A stretch of DNA of 64,000 nucleotides from Oceanomicrobium sp. (GCA_031415055.1 JANOQZ010000043.1:2612-66611), one strand, 5' to 3'; positions 49,290 through 61,064 are shown, counted from the first letter of the stretch. The notes: generated from the sequence alone by a model not told the origin. Made by a program: numbers and translations.

Positions 49290-50671
49290 GCTATGCCCAC
49301 GATTCGAATGGGTTTGTCGGTGGTTTCGAGGAGGTATTTGAGGAGGAGGTTTTGCGCGACTTGCAGTCGGTATTCGGCACTGGCGCGCATGTCGGAGATG
49401 GGTTGGAAGTCGGTGGCGAAGGCAGGCAAGGCTGCGCCGATGCTGGCGCGGGTGAAAGGTTTGTTGATTAGCACTGCTTCGACGGCCGCGGCGCGTTTGG
49501 GAATTGTCGCCATGCCGCCAAAGGCGATGCGGGCGTTGGTAATCGTGCCGTTTGTGATGGTCAGGTTGAAGCAGCCGCAGAGGGCGGAAATATCTTGATC
49601 GAAGCGCTTGGTGATTTTGTAGCAACGCAAAGTGTCGGGCTGGGCGGGGATGAAAATTGACTCGACGAACTCACCAGGGCGACGGTCTTGCTTGCCGTAA
49701 GCGATGAAGAAATTTTCCAGCGGGATTTCGCGGTGGGTTTGGCCGCAGCGGAGCGTGAGAGTCGCGCCTAGCGCAATCAGCGCCGGTGGGCCGTCACCGA
49801 TGGGCGAGCCGTTGGCGATGTTGCCGCCGATGGTGGCGGCGTTGCGCACTTGCACCGAGCCAAAACGGCGGATCATTTCGGCGAAATCGTCATAGTGGCC
49901 GACCATGGCGGCACCGAGTTGTTCTAAAGTGACACCAGCGCCAATACGCATGCCTTGGGCCGAAAGGGTGATATTTTGCAGGGCACGCAGGCGATGCAGG
50001 AAGGCGATTTTGGGCAAAGGGCGAAGCTGTTTTGTGACCCAAAGCCCCACGTCTGTGGCCCCGGCGATCAAGGTTGCATCGGGATTTTGCACATACCAAT
50101 CGGCGAAAGCGCCTAGATTTGCAGGCAAGTATGCGCCGTCAATGTGGAGGTCTGCGTAGTCGTGCAGGGCGGCGATTTGACGGGATTCGTCGAGCGGCGT
50201 CGCCGATCCGGCACTGGCCTCTGCCGCCCGGATAATTGGCGCATAGCCGGTGCAGCGGCACAAGTTGCCCGCGAGGATGTTGTCAAAATCGGTGCGGCCT
50301 TGGCTGTTGGCGGCGTAAAGCGACATGACGAAACCCGGCGTGCAGAAACCGCATTGCGAACCGTGGTGATCTACCATCGCTTGTTGGATTGGGTGCGGGT
50401 CGACTTTGGCGATGCCTTCGACTGTGGTCACCGATTTGCCTTGCAATTGCGGCAAGAACAAAATGCAGGCATTGGTGGCGCGGTGGACCACGCTCTGACC
50501 TTCCAGAGCGGCGACCGACACGGTGCAGGCACCACAATCGCCTTCGTTGCAGCCCTCTTTGGTGCCAGTCAAGCCGCGAGTTTCACGCAGATAATCCAGC
50601 AGAGTTGTGGTCGGGTTTGGATCTTCCAGAACCGATGCCGCGCCGTTCAAAAGGAACCGGATCTCGCCCAT
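49286..50671 (-). CDS. xdhA: xanthine dehydrogenase small subunit (2Fe-2S + FAD domains)
   Basis: GCNEGDCGACTV and CRCTGY cluster motifs plus an FAD-binding domain. ATG 50671 overlaps the preceding stop. Confidence 0.93.
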   Translation of the reverse strand: MGEIRFLLNGAASVLEDPNPTTTLLDYLRETRGLTGTKEGCNEGDCGACTVSVAALEGQSVVHRATNACILFLPQLQGKSVTTVEGIAKVDPHPIQQAMVDHHGSQCGFCTPGFVMSLYAANSQGRTDFDNILAGNLCRCTGYAPIIRAAEASAGSATPLDESRQIAALHDYADLHIDGAYLPANLGAFADWYVQNPDATLIAGATDVGLWVTKQLRPLPKIAFLHRLRALQNITLSAQGMRIGAGVTLEQLGAAMVGHYDDFAEMIRRFGSVQVRNAATIGGNIANGSPIGDGPPALIALGATLTLRCGQTHREIPLENFFIAYGKQDRRPGEFVESIFIPAQPDTLRCYKITKRFDQDISALCGCFNLTITNGTITNARIAFGGMATIPKRAAAVEAVLINKPFTRASIGAALPAFATDFQPISDMRASAEYRLQVAQNLLLKYLLETTDKPIRIVGIA

Positions 50672-50997
50672 CAACTGCCTCGGTAGGTGGTGTAGCCAAA
50701 GGGCGATAGCAGCAATGGCACGTGATAGTGGCGGTCTTCGGTTATGGTGAAGCGAATGGGAATGAGGTCGAGGAATTCGCTTGTTTTCAGATAGGCACCG
50801 GCGTGGAAGTGCAGCTCATAGGTGCCCTGTTGAAAGCTGCTTTCGTCGAGCAAAGGGGCGTCGCAGCGGCCGTCGGCATTGGTGGTGGCTTCGGTGATCT
50901 TGTTTGGATGGGGGTTGAGGTGGAACAGTTCGACGCGCAAACCGGCGGCGGGTTTGCCCTGCGACGTGTCGAGGACGTGAGTGGTCAGGCGGCCCAT
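50671..50997 (-). CDS. uraH: 5-hydroxyisourate hydrolase (transthyretin-like)
   Basis: [19 protein letters not shown]...[18 protein letters not shown]. The C-terminal YRGS tetrapeptide is the HIUase hallmark. ATG 50997 follows AGGGA. Confidence 0.9.
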   Translation of the reverse strand: MGRLTTHVLDTSQGKPAAGLRVELFHLNPHPNKITEATTNADGRCDAPLLDESSFQQGTYELHFHAGAYLKTSEFLDLIPIRFTITEDRHYHVPLLLSPFGYTTYRGS

Positions 50998-51114
50998 GGG
51001 AATCCCTGTTGGCATCAAAGCAATTCGACTTGATTTGCGGATGCTTTGCAAGGGTTGCGGGTTGACCATTCCCCGCTTGGCCCGGCATAGTTTGGGAAAA
51101 CGAGGATAACCGAT

Positions 51115-51471
51115 ATTCTGCTGGCGATTCACCACGTGCAACTGGCGATGCCCGCCGGGCAAGAGGAACTGGCGCGGGCGTTTTATGGCGCAGTGCTGGG
51201 ACTGGGCGAAGTTGCCAAGCCAGAAACCTTGCGCAAGCGCGGCGGCTGTTGGTTTGAAGCGGGCGATGTGCGGGTGCATTTGGGGGTCGAGGCCAGCTTT
51301 ATGCCTGCCGCCAAAGCGCATCCGGCGTTTTTGGTTGATCTGGATATTATGCTCGAAAGGTTGGCTGCGGCGGGTATCGAGGCAAGGCCGGATTAGGAGT
51401 ATCCGAGGTTTCGCAGGGTTTATGTCAGCGATCCGTTTGGGAATAGGATTGAGTTGCTGGAGGAGGTTTAG
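51115..51471 (+). pseudogene. VOC / glyoxalase-family gene interrupted by an in-frame TAG
   Basis: ...[30 protein letters not shown]...HPAFLVD...[11 protein letters not shown](51394-51396)[27 protein letters not shown](51469). There is no ATG/GTG/TTG upstream of the conserved IHHVQL strand after the stop at 51088. Confidence 0.65.
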
Positions 51472-51606
51472 GCCTGCTTTCGCCAAGGGCCAAAGAATCC
51501 TCCACCCAACCCAACGCCGCGATGCGGTAGTGGGAATTGGCCAAGTGAACAACAACAGCGAAGTCGCACTGGCGCTGGTTTGCGAACTTGAGCTACCCTT
51601 CGTTCC

Positions 51607-54600
51607 ATGACCCATCCCCGATTCATTCATTTGCGCAATCATTCGGCTTATTCGCTGTTGGAGGGGGCTATACAGGTCAAGGATTTGGTCAAACTGGCGG
51701 TCAAGGCCGGGATGCCAGCGGTTGCATTGAGCGACACCAACAACTTGTTTGCGGCATTGGAGTTTTCCGAAGCCGCCAAAGCGGCCGGGGTGCAACCGAT
51801 ATTGGGGTGCCAGTTGGCACTGGCTTCAGAGGAAATACTGCGACCAGGGGATAGGGCCTTGCCATCGCATCCAGTGGTTCTGTTGGCGCAAAACGAGGCG
51901 GGCTATGGCAATTTGATGAAACTGACCTCGGCGGCTTTCCTGCTGTCGGCAGAGGCCCTGCCGCATGTGACTTTGGACCAATTGGACCAGTATTCTGTTG
52001 GAATCATCTGCCTGACGGGTGGCGCTTTGGGGCCGCTCGGCATGCATCTGGTCAACGGGCAGGTGGCCAAGGCGCGGGCGTTGGCAGTGAGGCTGAAGGC
52101 GATGTTTGGTGACAGGCTGTATGTGGAATTACAGCGGCATGCGGATGATTCGGGTGCATTGACTCGCGAAGAAACGGCCAGCGAGGCTGGGCTGATTTCC
52201 TTGGCTTATGAATTGGAATTGCCATTGGTGGCGACCAACGACGTTTATTTTGCTGATCCGGGGTTTTATGCGGCGCATGATGCGCTGATCTGCATTGCTG
52301 AGGGCGCCTATGTTGACCAGCAGGAACCGCGTCGACGGCTGACGCCGGAGCATCATTTCAAGCAGGAATACGAAATGGTGGCCCTGTTTCGCGACTTGCC
52401 CGAGGCGCTGGGAAACACCGTTGAGATTGCCAAACGATGCGCGGTAGCGGCGCAAAAACGCAAGCCGATATTGCCGAGATTTGCCGAGAATGAAGTCGAA
52501 GAATTGCGCGTTGCGGCGCGGGCTGGGTTGCAGGCGCGGCTGGCGGTGATTCCCTTAAGTGTCTCGCGCGAGGATTATGCGGCACGGTTGGAATTTGAGC
52601 TGGATGTCATCATCGAGATGGGGTTCCCGGGCTATTTTCTGATCGTGGCGGATTTCATCAAATGGGCCAAGGGGCAGAACATTCCGGTTGGACCAGGGCG
52701 TGGGTCGGGGGCGGGGTCATTGGTCGCCTATGCGCTGACAATTACCGACATCGACCCGTTGCGATTTGGCCTGTTGTTTGAGCGGATGTTGAACCCGGAA
52801 CGGGTGTCGATGCCGGACTTTGACATCGATTTTTGTATGGATCGGCGCGAAGAAGTGATCGCCTATGTCCAGCAGAAATATGGGCGCGACCGGGTGGCGC
52901 AGATCATTACTTTTGGCGCGTTGCTGTCGAAAATGGCCGTGCGCGACGTGGGCCGTGTGTTGCAGATGCCCTATGGGCAGGTGGACCGGATTGCCAAACT
53001 GATACCGGTTGAAGGTGTCAAGCCGGTGTCGATTGAGAAAGCTTTGGCGGATGAGCCGAGGCTGCGCGACGAGGCGAAATCGGAAGAAGTTGTGGCGCGG
53101 ATGTTGGGCTACGCCCAGCAGGTGGAAGGGTTGCTGCGCAATGCCTCGACCCATGCGGCGGGCGTGGTGATTGGCGACAGGCCGCTGGAGGAGTTGGTGC
53201 CGCTTTATCGTGACCCGCGCTCCGACATGCCGGCAACGCAGTTCAACATGAAATGGGTCGAGGCGGCGGGGTTGGTCAAATTCGATTTTCTGGGTTTGAA
53301 AACATTAACCGTGATCCAGAACGCTTTGGATTTGTTACGTTTGCGCGGTGTCGATATTGATATTGCCAGCATTCCTCTGGACGATGCAAGGGCCTATCAA
53401 CTGTATTCCGACGCCGCTACGGTGGCGGTGTTTCAGGTGGAAAGTGCTGGCATGCGCGAGGCGTTGCGCCAGTTGGCACCCACTTGCATCGAAGACATTA
53501 TCGCGCTGGTGGCGCTCTATCGCCCCGGCCCGATGGAGAATATTCCCAAGTTCTGCAATGTGAAGAATGGACGCGAAAAGATCGAAAGCCTGCATCCTTC
53601 CATCGACCATATCCTGAAAGAAACCCAAGGCATCATCGTTTATCAAGAACAGGTGATGCAGATTGCGCAAGTGATGGCGGGGTATACTTTGGGCGGTGCC
53701 GATTCATTGCGTCGCGCTATGGGTAAGAAAATCCGCGAGGAAATGGAGGCCGAACGGCCCAAGTTTATTACCGGGGCCAGAGCGAACGGGGTTGAGGCGA
53801 AGAAAGCAGGCGAAATATTTGATTTGCTTGAAAAATTTGCCGACTATGGATTCAATAAGTCGCACGCAGCGGCCTATGGCGTGGTTTCCTACCAGACCGC
53901 TTGGTTGAAAGCGAACTATTCCGTAGAGTTCATGGCGGCGGTGATGAACTGCGATATTCATCTGACCGACAAACTTGGTTCTTATCAGGCCGAGGTCGAG
54001 CGGTTGGGGATCACGATGGTGCCGCCCTGTGTGAACCGCTCGCAAGCGACATTCAGCGTCGGCGATGGCGCGATTTACTATGCTTTGGGCGCGCTGAAGA
54101 ATGTCGGCGTCGAGGCGATGAAGGCGATCGTCGCGGGTCGAGGCGGCCGGGTTTTCAGTGACTTGTTTGACTTAGCGCGGCGGGTTGACTTGAAGCGGAT
54201 CGGCAAGCGGCCATTGGAGATGCTGGCTCGCGCCGGTGCGATGGATCAGTTGGACAGCAACCGGCGCAAGGTGCTGGAGTCTTTGGATGCCTTGACGGCG
54301 TTTTCGTCGGCGCATTTTGAGGCGCTGAATTCGGCGCAGGTTTCGCTGTTTGGCGAGAAGGGAACCGATTTGCCCAACCCGCGTCTGCCAATGCCCGAGG
54401 CGTGGCAACCGACGCAGATGTTGCAACAGGAGCATCTGGCGGTGGGGTTTTATATCTCGGGGCATCCGCTGGATGATTATATGGGGCCGCTGAAGCGGCA
54501 GCGGGTTTTGTCTTTGGCCGAGTTGAAACAAAAAGTGCAAGGCGGGGCGGTGGCGGCGAAGATTGCCGGCTCGGTATCTTCGGTACAGATCCGCAAATCG

Positions 54601-55047
54601 GCGCGCGGCAATCGCTTTGCTTTTGTCGAGTTGAGCGACCCAACGGGCCTATATGAGGCGACGCTGTTTGCCGATGTGTTGGAAACGGCGCGGGATTTGC
54701 TGGTGGTGGGCGCCAATGTGGTGCTGACGGTCGAGGCGCATCTGGAGGGCGAGGGAGTGAAGCTGCTGGCACGTTCGGTGGTGCCGGTCGATTCGGTTGT
54801 GGCGGCTGCTGCGGGGGCCGGGTTGCGGGTGTTCATTCGCGAGGCAACTGCGATTGAGGTGGTGGCGCGGATTTTGACTGAACACGATCAAGGCCCCGGC
54901 GGTCGCGGGCCGGTGAATTTGGTGCTGATGAGTGCAGATTTGCCGGGGGAAGTGGAACTGGCCTTGCCGGGCATGTCGCGGATCACGCCGCAAATACGCG
55001 GGGCGATAAAGCATGTCGCGGGCGTGGCGCATGTGGAGGAGTTTTGA
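51607..55047 (+). CDS. dnaE: DNA polymerase III subunit alpha
   Basis: PHP domain [16 protein letters not shown], polymerase core [21 protein letters not shown], 1146 aa. Confidence 0.97.
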   Translation: MTHPRFIHLRNHSAYSLLEGAIQVKDLVKLAVKAGMPAVALSDTNNLFAALEFSEAAKAAGVQPILGCQLALASEEILRPGDRALPSHPVVLLAQNEAGYGNLMKLTSAAFLLSAEALPHVTLDQLDQYSVGIICLTGGALGPLGMHLVNGQVAKARALAVRLKAMFGDRLYVELQRHADDSGALTREETASEAGLISLAYELELPLVATNDVYFADPGFYAAHDALICIAEGAYVDQQEPRRRLTPEHHFKQEYEMVALFRDLPEALGNTVEIAKRCAVAAQKRKPILPRFAENEVEELRVAARAGLQARLAVIPLSVSREDYAARLEFELDVIIEMGFPGYFLIVADFIKWAKGQNIPVGPGRGSGAGSLVAYALTITDIDPLRFGLLFERMLNPERVSMPDFDIDFCMDRREEVIAYVQQKYGRDRVAQIITFGALLSKMAVRDVGRVLQMPYGQVDRIAKLIPVEGVKPVSIEKALADEPRLRDEAKSEEVVARMLGYAQQVEGLLRNASTHAAGVVIGDRPLEELVPLYRDPRSDMPATQFNMKWVEAAGLVKFDFLGLKTLTVIQNALDLLRLRGVDIDIASIPLDDARAYQLYSDAATVAVFQVESAGMREALRQLAPTCIEDIIALVALYRPGPMENIPKFCNVKNGREKIESLHPSIDHILKETQGIIVYQEQVMQIAQVMAGYTLGGADSLRRAMGKKIREEMEAERPKFITGARANGVEAKKAGEIFDLLEKFADYGFNKSHAAAYGVVSYQTAWLKANYSVEFMAAVMNCDIHLTDKLGSYQAEVERLGITMVPPCVNRSQATFSVGDGAIYYALGALKNVGVEAMKAIVAGRGGRVFSDLFDLARRVDLKRIGKRPLEMLARAGAMDQLDSNRRKVLESLDALTAFSSAHFEALNSAQVSLFGEKGTDLPNPRLPMPEAWQPTQMLQQEHLAVGFYISGHPLDDYMGPLKRQRVLSLAELKQKVQGGAVAAKIAGSVSSVQIRKSARGNRFAFVELSDPTGLYEATLFADVLETARDLLVVGANVVLTVEAHLEGEGVKLLARSVVPVDSVVAAAAGAGLRVFIREATAIEVVARILTEHDQGPGGRGPVNLVLMSADLPGEVELALPGMSRITPQIRGAIKHVAGVAHVEEF

Positions 55048-55118
55048 GGGGGTGTTGTGAGGCTTGGCGGGCGGCGGATTTGGACGTATAGTTCTGTGGT
55101 TCAGGAAAGGAGAGTGCG

Positions 55119-55541
55119 ATGCACGAATCCATGGAACTTTGCAATATCATCACCGGATGGTTCAAAGCGGTAGAAACCGGCGACCTTACTTGGTGCGACC
55201 GCCATATTTCGACCAGCCCGGACTTGCGGGTGGTGGGAACCGACCCGGAAGAATGGCTGAAAGGGGCGCTGGCGGTTGCCTTCATGCGCCGTGAGGCGGT
55301 GCATGTTGTGGGCAAGCTGACGGCGCGGGTGCTGGACATCGAGGCTTTTGCCGAAGGCGATGTCGGCTGGGGGATCGCCCGACCGGAAATTACTATGCTG
55401 GGCGGTGGCAAGGTGACCCCGCGTTGGAGCGCGGTTTTTCGACGCGAAGACGGCGAGTGGAAAATGGTCCAGCTGCACGCCTCGGTTGCCATGGGCAACG
55501 AAGCGGCGTTTGGCGATACTTTCGGTGCCGCACAAAGTTAA
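55119..55541 (+). CDS. SnoaL-like / NTF2-fold protein
   Basis: ATG after AGGAAAGGAGAG. ...WFKAVETGD...WSAVFRREDGEWKMVQLHAS pattern. Confidence 0.7.
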   Translation: MHESMELCNIITGWFKAVETGDLTWCDRHISTSPDLRVVGTDPEEWLKGALAVAFMRREAVHVVGKLTARVLDIEAFAEGDVGWGIARPEITMLGGGKVTPRWSAVFRREDGEWKMVQLHASVAMGNEAAFGDTFGAAQS

Positions 55542-55644
55542 GCATCGACTTTTGTTTTCTGGCCAATTTCGTGCCTAATCGCACTGTTTGGCGCGATCTA
55601 TGCGCGTATGCGGTTCCCATTCAAACGAAAATCAGGGGAATTTC

Positions 55645-55944
55645 ATGCAACAGTATTTTCTGGTCAACGGCGCGGAAATTGGCCATTCGGGCGAGGGCTC
55701 GGTCACGGGCGTTATCATCACCGAAGGTGAAGCGGTGTTCAGCGAACATGGCGGAATTTTCCATCTGGGTCGGCGCAGGGCCAAACTGAAAGTGCCGGAA
55801 TTGAAGTCGGATGCGACGTGGGTTTTGCCGCCGCGCGGGTCGGAATTCTACTCGCCCGTCGCCGAATTTGCTGCCGGATTGGGCTATGAGACGGTCGAGA
55901 ATGACGATTTCGACATCAAATTGCCCGCCGGTTGGGCCGCTTAA
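55645..55944 (+). CDS. hypothetical protein
   Basis: ATG 55645 after AGGGGA. 99 aa with no recognised motif. Confidence 0.5.
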   Translation: MQQYFLVNGAEIGHSGEGSVTGVIITEGEAVFSEHGGIFHLGRRRAKLKVPELKSDATWVLPPRGSEFYSPVAEFAAGLGYETVENDDFDIKLPAGWAA

Positions 55945-56555
55945 TTAAAGCTGCCGGTCTTCAAGAAATGGATGGTGGCATGAATCGCGTAATCGTCCAG
56001 CATCATGGTTGAATGTGCCACCGGCAGTTTCAGGCATTTCTCTGGCGGGGCGGAACCACAGGCGGAAAGGACGGAAACTTTGCCGTCGTTTTCGCCTTGG
56101 ATGCCGGTAATAACGCCGTATGCTTCCAAAGCGGCGGTTCCTGCAATTGCCCCGATGTCCAACCCACGGTCATCTTCGGGGGCATGGGGCACCAGTTCGC
56201 CCAAAGCCGGGCCCATCAATGGGCCGATGATCGGGCCAAAGATACTGGCGCGTTGGGCGATCTCCGAGCCCAGATTGGGGGCGCCAAGCTGCACGATGCG
56301 GCCGCGAAATTTGTTTGGCACCCGGCGCATCAGGTCTTTGGCCAAGATGCCGCCCAGTGAATGGCCGACGAAATGCACCCGCTCATCCAAGGGCACATGC
56401 GGCCATATGGCTGTCACCAAAGCGCTGATGGTGGCTTTGCGCGAGGGGTAATTGATCATTACGGCGTCGAACCCGGCTTCCTCCACCCGGCGGCCAAGTT
56501 TCTTCATCGAGGAAGAAGTGCGGCCAAGGCCGTGCAGGATGACGACCGGTTCCAT
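55941..56555 (-). CDS. alpha/beta-fold hydrolase (esterase/lipase-like)
   Basis: HGLGRTS and nucleophile elbow GHSLGG. Confidence 0.85.
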   Translation of the reverse strand: MEPVVILHGLGRTSSSMKKLGRRVEEAGFDAVMINYPSRKATISALVTAIWPHVPLDERVHFVGHSLGGILAKDLMRRVPNKFRGRIVQLGAPNLGSEIAQRASIFGPIIGPLMGPALGELVPHAPEDDRGLDIGAIAGTAALEAYGVITGIQGENDGKVSVLSACGSAPPEKCLKLPVAHSTMMLDDYAIHATIHFLKTGSFN

Positions 56556-56749
56556 CAGTAATGCGGCGGTTTTTGGTTGGCGGGGCTATCGGCGATTTGC
56601 TCGGCGGCGTGTTGAGTGAGCATGGCGACGCGGCGGGTTAGTTTGTCGATCTCGGCGGCTTGGCGGGTGACGACGGCGTTCAGCTCGTCCAGCAGGTGTT
56701 GCTGGTGGGTGAGTTGGGTTTCTAAGGTTGTAAGGCGGTCAGCGGTCAT
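56555..56749 (-). CDS. slyX: SlyX-family protein
   Basis: 64-aa coiled coil ...[26 protein letters not shown].... Confidence 0.8.
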   Translation of the reverse strand: MTADRLTTLETQLTHQQHLLDELNAVVTRQAAEIDKLTRRVAMLTQHAAEQIADSPANQKPPHY

Positions 56750-56854
56750 GGGGGTGTTTTAGGGGTTGATTGGGGCGGATTCAAGAAATGGCTGCGGCTT
56801 GCCCCGTTGACGCGCTTGCTTTACCAGAACGCCGGAATGATGAGGGGTTTTGGC

Positions 56855-58435
56855 ATGGCATCGGACAAGAAAGAGCGCAGGCCGAAGGCCGAGACGCCGA
56901 AAGGGTTTCGTGATGTGTTTGGCGCTGAAATTGCCGAACGTGACGCGATGTTGAAGGCGATTGCCGAAGTCTATCATCGCTATGGCTTTGATCCGCTGGA
57001 AACGCCCGCGGTGGAGACCGTCGAGGCTTTGGGCAAGTTTTTGCCGGATGTGGACCGGCCCAATGAGGGGGTGTTTGCGTGGCAGGATGAGGATGAGGCT
57101 TGGCTGGCGCTCAGGTATGACCTGACGGCGCCGTTGGCGCGGGTCTATGCGCAGTATCGCAATGAGTTGCCCGCGCCCTATCGCCGCTATGCGATGGGGC
57201 CGGTTTGGCGCAACGAGAAGCCGGGACCGGGGCGGTTTCGGCAGTTTTATCAATGCGATGCCGATACGGTTGGCACCGGCTCGGTGGCGGCGGATGCCGA
57301 GATTTGCGCCATGCTGTGCGATGCGCTGGAGGCGGTTGGCATTCAGCGCGGCGATTACTTGGTGAAGGTCAATAATCGGAAGGTGTTGAATGGGGTGATG
57401 GAGGTGGCGGGGATCGCCGGGGACGCGTTCGCGCAGGAGCGTGGGATTGTGCTGCGGGCGATTGATAAGATGGATCGGTTGGGGGTTGGGGGCGTGCGCG
57501 AGTTGTTGGGTGAAGGGCGCAAGGATGAGAGTGGGGATTTCGCCAAGGGGGCGGGGTTGACAAGCGATCAAAGTGAAAGAATACTTTCATACGTTACGCC
57601 GTCCGAGCAAAACTTTGGACATAGCGGCACCGTCGAAGCCGTTGGATTTGCGGCAGGGCGATCAACCGTCAAAGGTGTCGGACAAGGCGTTTACGGCTCC
57701 GGTCGAACCACAGCAGTCACTGACAATCTAAAGGCACTGGTTGAAGGTTCAACGATAGGCCTTGAAGGCGTTGAAGAACTCGAAACCATCATTAGGCTCG
57801 TCGATGCCCAAGGCTACGGCCCTGACCGTGTCGTCATCGACCCCTCCGTAGTGCGCGGCCTTGGCTATTACACGGGCCCCGTGTTTGAGGCGGAACTGAC
57901 GTTCGAGATTCTCGATGAAAAGGGGCGCAAGCGGCAGTTTGGCTCGGTTGCGGGCGGGGGGCGGTATGACGATCTGGTCAAGCGCTTTACCGGGCAGGAA
58001 GTACCGGCGACCGGGGTTTCCATTGGGGTGGATCGGCTGCTGGCGGCGTTGAAGGCGAAGGGGCGAGCGGCGGCAGAAGCTGCGGGGCCGGTGGTGGTGA
58101 CGGTGATGGATCGGGATCGGATGGCGGATTATCAGGGCATGGTCGCGGAATTGCGCAACGCGGGCATTCGCGCCGAGGTGTTTTTGGGCAACCCCAAGGA
58201 TATGGGGCGGCAGTTGAAATATGCGGACCAGCGGAACGCGCCGGTGGCGGTGATTGAGGGCGGCAATGAGAAGGCGAACGGGACGGTGCAGTTGAAGGAT
58301 TTGGCTTTGGGCGCTCGACTGGCGGCGGGGATTACGACCAATGAGGAATGGAAAGCGCAACCGGCGCAAAGCGAAGTTCGCCGGGCCGATCTGGTGGCGG
58401 AAGTGCGGGCGATGATCGCGCGGGCGAAGGGTTGA
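56855..58435 (+). CDS. hisS: histidine--tRNA ligase
   Basis: [20 protein letters not shown]..., class II motifs ([26 protein letters not shown]), and an anticodon-binding end. Confidence 0.95.
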   Translation: MASDKKERRPKAETPKGFRDVFGAEIAERDAMLKAIAEVYHRYGFDPLETPAVETVEALGKFLPDVDRPNEGVFAWQDEDEAWLALRYDLTAPLARVYAQYRNELPAPYRRYAMGPVWRNEKPGPGRFRQFYQCDADTVGTGSVAADAEICAMLCDALEAVGIQRGDYLVKVNNRKVLNGVMEVAGIAGDAFAQERGIVLRAIDKMDRLGVGGVRELLGEGRKDESGDFAKGAGLTSDQSERILSYVTPSEQNFGHSGTVEAVGFAAGRSTVKGVGQGVYGSGRTTAVTDNLKALVEGSTIGLEGVEELETIIRLVDAQGYGPDRVVIDPSVVRGLGYYTGPVFEAELTFEILDEKGRKRQFGSVAGGGRYDDLVKRFTGQEVPATGVSIGVDRLLAALKAKGRAAAEAAGPVVVTVMDRDRMADYQGMVAELRNAGIRAEVFLGNPKDMGRQLKYADQRNAPVAVIEGGNEKANGTVQLKDLALGARLAAGITTNEEWKAQPAQSEVRRADLVAEVRAMIARAKG

Positions 58436-59490
58436 TGGGGCTGATTGGGGATTCACTGGCGGCGCTGGAGTCGGAAGTGGCGCGGTTGTCGCGGCTGTTT
58501 CGCGCTGCGGGTGCGGTGAGCGTTGATCCGGGGGTTCTGTTGCCCGCCAATGTGATGCTCGACCTCTACGGCGAGGACATCCGTGCGCGGGCCTATGTGA
58601 CCGACGATCCGGTGTTGGGCGAGCGGATGATCCGGCCCGATTTCACGGTTCCGGTGGTGCAGATGCATATGAAACACGGTGCGGAACCGGCGCGATACAC
58701 CTATGCCGGGCCGGTGTGGAGGAAGCAGGTGCCGGGCTCGGCGCGGCCATCGGAATATGTGCAGGTTGGCTATGAAGTGTTCGACGGGGCCGATCCGGCG
58801 GCGGCGGATGCGGAAGTGTTTGCTTTGGTTTCAGGAGCCCTGGATGGGTTGGGGGTGACCTGTGCGACCGGGGATTTGGGGATCGTGCTGGCGGCGATTT
58901 CGGGGTTAAGGACCACGGAACGACGGCGGGCGGCGCTGCGGCGGCATATGTGGCGACCGGTGCGGTTCAAACGGTTGCTGGAGCGGTATTCGGGGGCGTT
59001 GCCGGGGCGTGGTCCTGCGCCGAAGGGTGGGGTTTTGATCGGGTTACGGTCGGTGGATGAGATTGCGGAGCGACTGGCGGTTTTGCACGAGGATGCGGCG
59101 GCTGCGCCTTTGAGCGGTGAAGAAGTGGCGCTGCTGGAGCGGGTTTTGGGCGTAAACGGTGCGTCCTCTGCAGCATTGGCGGCGTTGCGTGGCTTGGGAT
59201 TGGCGTCTTTGGCTACGGCGCTGGACCGGATGGAGTCGCGACTGGAAGCTTTGGCCAAGCGCGGGATTGGGGATGTTCCGTTTGCGGTTTCTTATGGCCG
59301 GGCAGCGCTGGAATATTACGATGGGTTTGTGTTCGGGTTTTCCGCGCCGGACAGGCCCGACTTGCCACAAATTGCCCAAGGCGGGCGTTATGACGCGCTG
59401 ACGCGGGTTCTGGGGCAGGGCGAGGGCATTCCGGCGGTGGGGGCGATAGTTCGGCCCGAGGCCTTGCTGGCGCTGCGAGGGTTTATGTAA
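58435..59490 (+). CDS. hisZ: ATP phosphoribosyltransferase regulatory subunit
   Basis: HisS-paralogue lacking the anticodon domain, located between hisS and the short-form hisG. ATG 58435 overlaps the hisS stop. Confidence 0.88.
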   Translation: MGLIGDSLAALESEVARLSRLFRAAGAVSVDPGVLLPANVMLDLYGEDIRARAYVTDDPVLGERMIRPDFTVPVVQMHMKHGAEPARYTYAGPVWRKQVPGSARPSEYVQVGYEVFDGADPAAADAEVFALVSGALDGLGVTCATGDLGIVLAAISGLRTTERRRAALRRHMWRPVRFKRLLERYSGALPGRGPAPKGGVLIGLRSVDEIAERLAVLHEDAAAAPLSGEEVALLERVLGVNGASSAALAALRGLGLASLATALDRMESRLEALAKRGIGDVPFAVSYGRAALEYYDGFVFGFSAPDRPDLPQIAQGGRYDALTRVLGQGEGIPAVGAIVRPEALLALRGFM

Positions 59491-60173
59491 TGCTAAAACT
59501 TGGGTTGCCGTCGAAAGGTCGGTTGCAAGATCAGGCGGTGGACTGGCTGGCCGCGCATGGCATGACGGTGGAGCGGGGTGGCGATGGGCGGGAATATGCG
59601 GCGCGACTTTCGGGCGTTTCGGGGGTGGAACTTGTGCTGCTGGCGGCGGGCGAGATACCGCGCGAACTGGCGGCGGGGCGGATTCATCTGGGCGTGACCG
59701 GGCAGGATATGGTGCGCGAGAAGCTGCCGGGCTGGGACGGGTTGGTTAGTGAAAAGCTGGCATTGGGGTTTGGCTTTGCCGATCTGGTAATTGCGGTGCC
59801 ACGGGCGTGGGTTGATGTCGAGGGGTTAGACGATCTGGATGCAGTTGCGGCGGCGTTTCGGGCCAAACACGGGTTTCGGCTGCGGATTGCCACCAAATAT
59901 CACAATCTGGTGCGCGAGTTTTTGCGGGTGAACGGGGTGGCGGATTATCAGTTGGTGGATAGTCAGGGCGCGACCGAGGCGACAGTGAAGAACCTGCATG
60001 CCGAGGCGATTGCGGATATTACGTCCTCGGGGGCGACGTTGCGCGCGAACCATTTGAAGGTGCTGGCGGATGCGGTGATCTTGAGGTCGCAGGCTGTGCT
60101 ATATGCTTCGAAGACGGCGAATTGGGCGGGGGTTGATGTGAGCGGGTTTGCGGCCAAGGCAGGGTTCGCGTGA
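59490..60173 (+). CDS. hisG: ATP phosphoribosyltransferase (short form)
   Basis: MLKLGLPSKGRL..., 227 aa. DSQGATE... and the SSGATLRAN motif. Confidence 0.93.
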   Translation: MLKLGLPSKGRLQDQAVDWLAAHGMTVERGGDGREYAARLSGVSGVELVLLAAGEIPRELAAGRIHLGVTGQDMVREKLPGWDGLVSEKLALGFGFADLVIAVPRAWVDVEGLDDLDAVAAAFRAKHGFRLRIATKYHNLVREFLRVNGVADYQLVDSQGATEATVKNLHAEAIADITSSGATLRANHLKVLADAVILRSQAVLYASKTANWAGVDVSGFAAKAGFA

Positions 60174-61009
60174 TTATCGTGCACGCCGTGGCCGACGAAC
60201 GCGCCGTTGTGCGTGGCTGGCGTTTGGCGGGCGAGAGCGTCGCCTTGGTGCCAACGATGGGGGCGCTGCATGCGGGTCACATGGCGCTGGTGGCGGCGGC
60301 GAAGGCGCAGGCAGATCGGGTGATCGTGACGATTTTTGTCAATCCGACGCAGTTTGGTGCGGGCGAGGATTTGGCGTCTTATCCGAGGAAGGATTTGGAT
60401 GATTTGGCGATGCTGCAAGTTGCGGGGGTAGACTTAGTGGTCATGCCGACGGTTGCTGAAATGTACCCCGATGGGTTTGCCACCAAGGTACGGGTTGAGG
60501 GGCTGACATCGGTGATGGATGGCGCCGCGCGACCGGGGCATTTCGATGGCGTGACGCAGGTGGTGGCCAAACTGCTCAATCAAGCGCAGGCGGATTGGGC
60601 TTATTTTGGCGAGAAAGACTGGCAACAACTGGCGGTGGTGCGGCGGATGGTGGCAGATCTGGACTTGCCCGTCGAGATTGTTGGGGTGCCAATTGTGCGG
60701 GCCGAAGACGGTTTGGCGCTGTCGTCGCGCAATGCGTATTTGAGCGCGGCACAGCGGGTGGTTGCTGCGCGGTTCAATGTGATTTTGGCCAGTGCTACGG
60801 CGCAGGTTTTGGCCGGGATGGGCGGGTCGCAGGCCTGTGGCCTAGCGGTTGAAGCCTTGGGTGAGGCGGGGTTTGACAAGGTGGACTATGTCGAGTGCCG
60901 CGACGCGGCGAGTTTGCGGACGGTCGAACTGCCCCTTGCCGGGCAAGCTCGGATTTTTGGCGCGGTCCATTTAGGCCGGGCAAGGTTGATCGACAATATT
61001 GCGGTTTGA
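60170..61009 (+). CDS. panC: pantoate--beta-alanine ligase
   Basis: VPTMGALHAGH (HxGH), FVNPTQFG, GEKDWQQ. Confidence 0.95.
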   Translation: MIIVHAVADERAVVRGWRLAGESVALVPTMGALHAGHMALVAAAKAQADRVIVTIFVNPTQFGAGEDLASYPRKDLDDLAMLQVAGVDLVVMPTVAEMYPDGFATKVRVEGLTSVMDGAARPGHFDGVTQVVAKLLNQAQADWAYFGEKDWQQLAVVRRMVADLDLPVEIVGVPIVRAEDGLALSSRNAYLSAAQRVVAARFNVILASATAQVLAGMGGSQACGLAVEALGEAGFDKVDYVECRDAASLRTVELPLAGQARIFGAVHLGRARLIDNIAV

Positions 61010-61064
61010 ATTTCGTTTATGCATTTGTTACCATTGGTTGGTAACTATTGGTAACGGAGGCATC

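Noticed and set aside
47022-51795. Long N-terminal extensions in the ORF track (xdhB 867 aa, HIU hydrolase 374 aa, and similarly apbC, pcs, dgoK, clpB, iolD).
   Set aside because: The extensions are Arg/Pro/His-rich and overlap the upstream gene. In each case an internal ATG gives the canonical family N-terminus, often with ATGA/TGATG coupling to the preceding stop.
57560-57790. Possible lineage-specific insertion in HisS ([42 protein letters not shown]), which at first looked AT-rich.
   Set aside because: Hand counts of the four 60-nt lines give 60, 57, 45 and 58% G+C, so there is no clear compositional island. Whether it is an insertion cannot be judged without an alignment.
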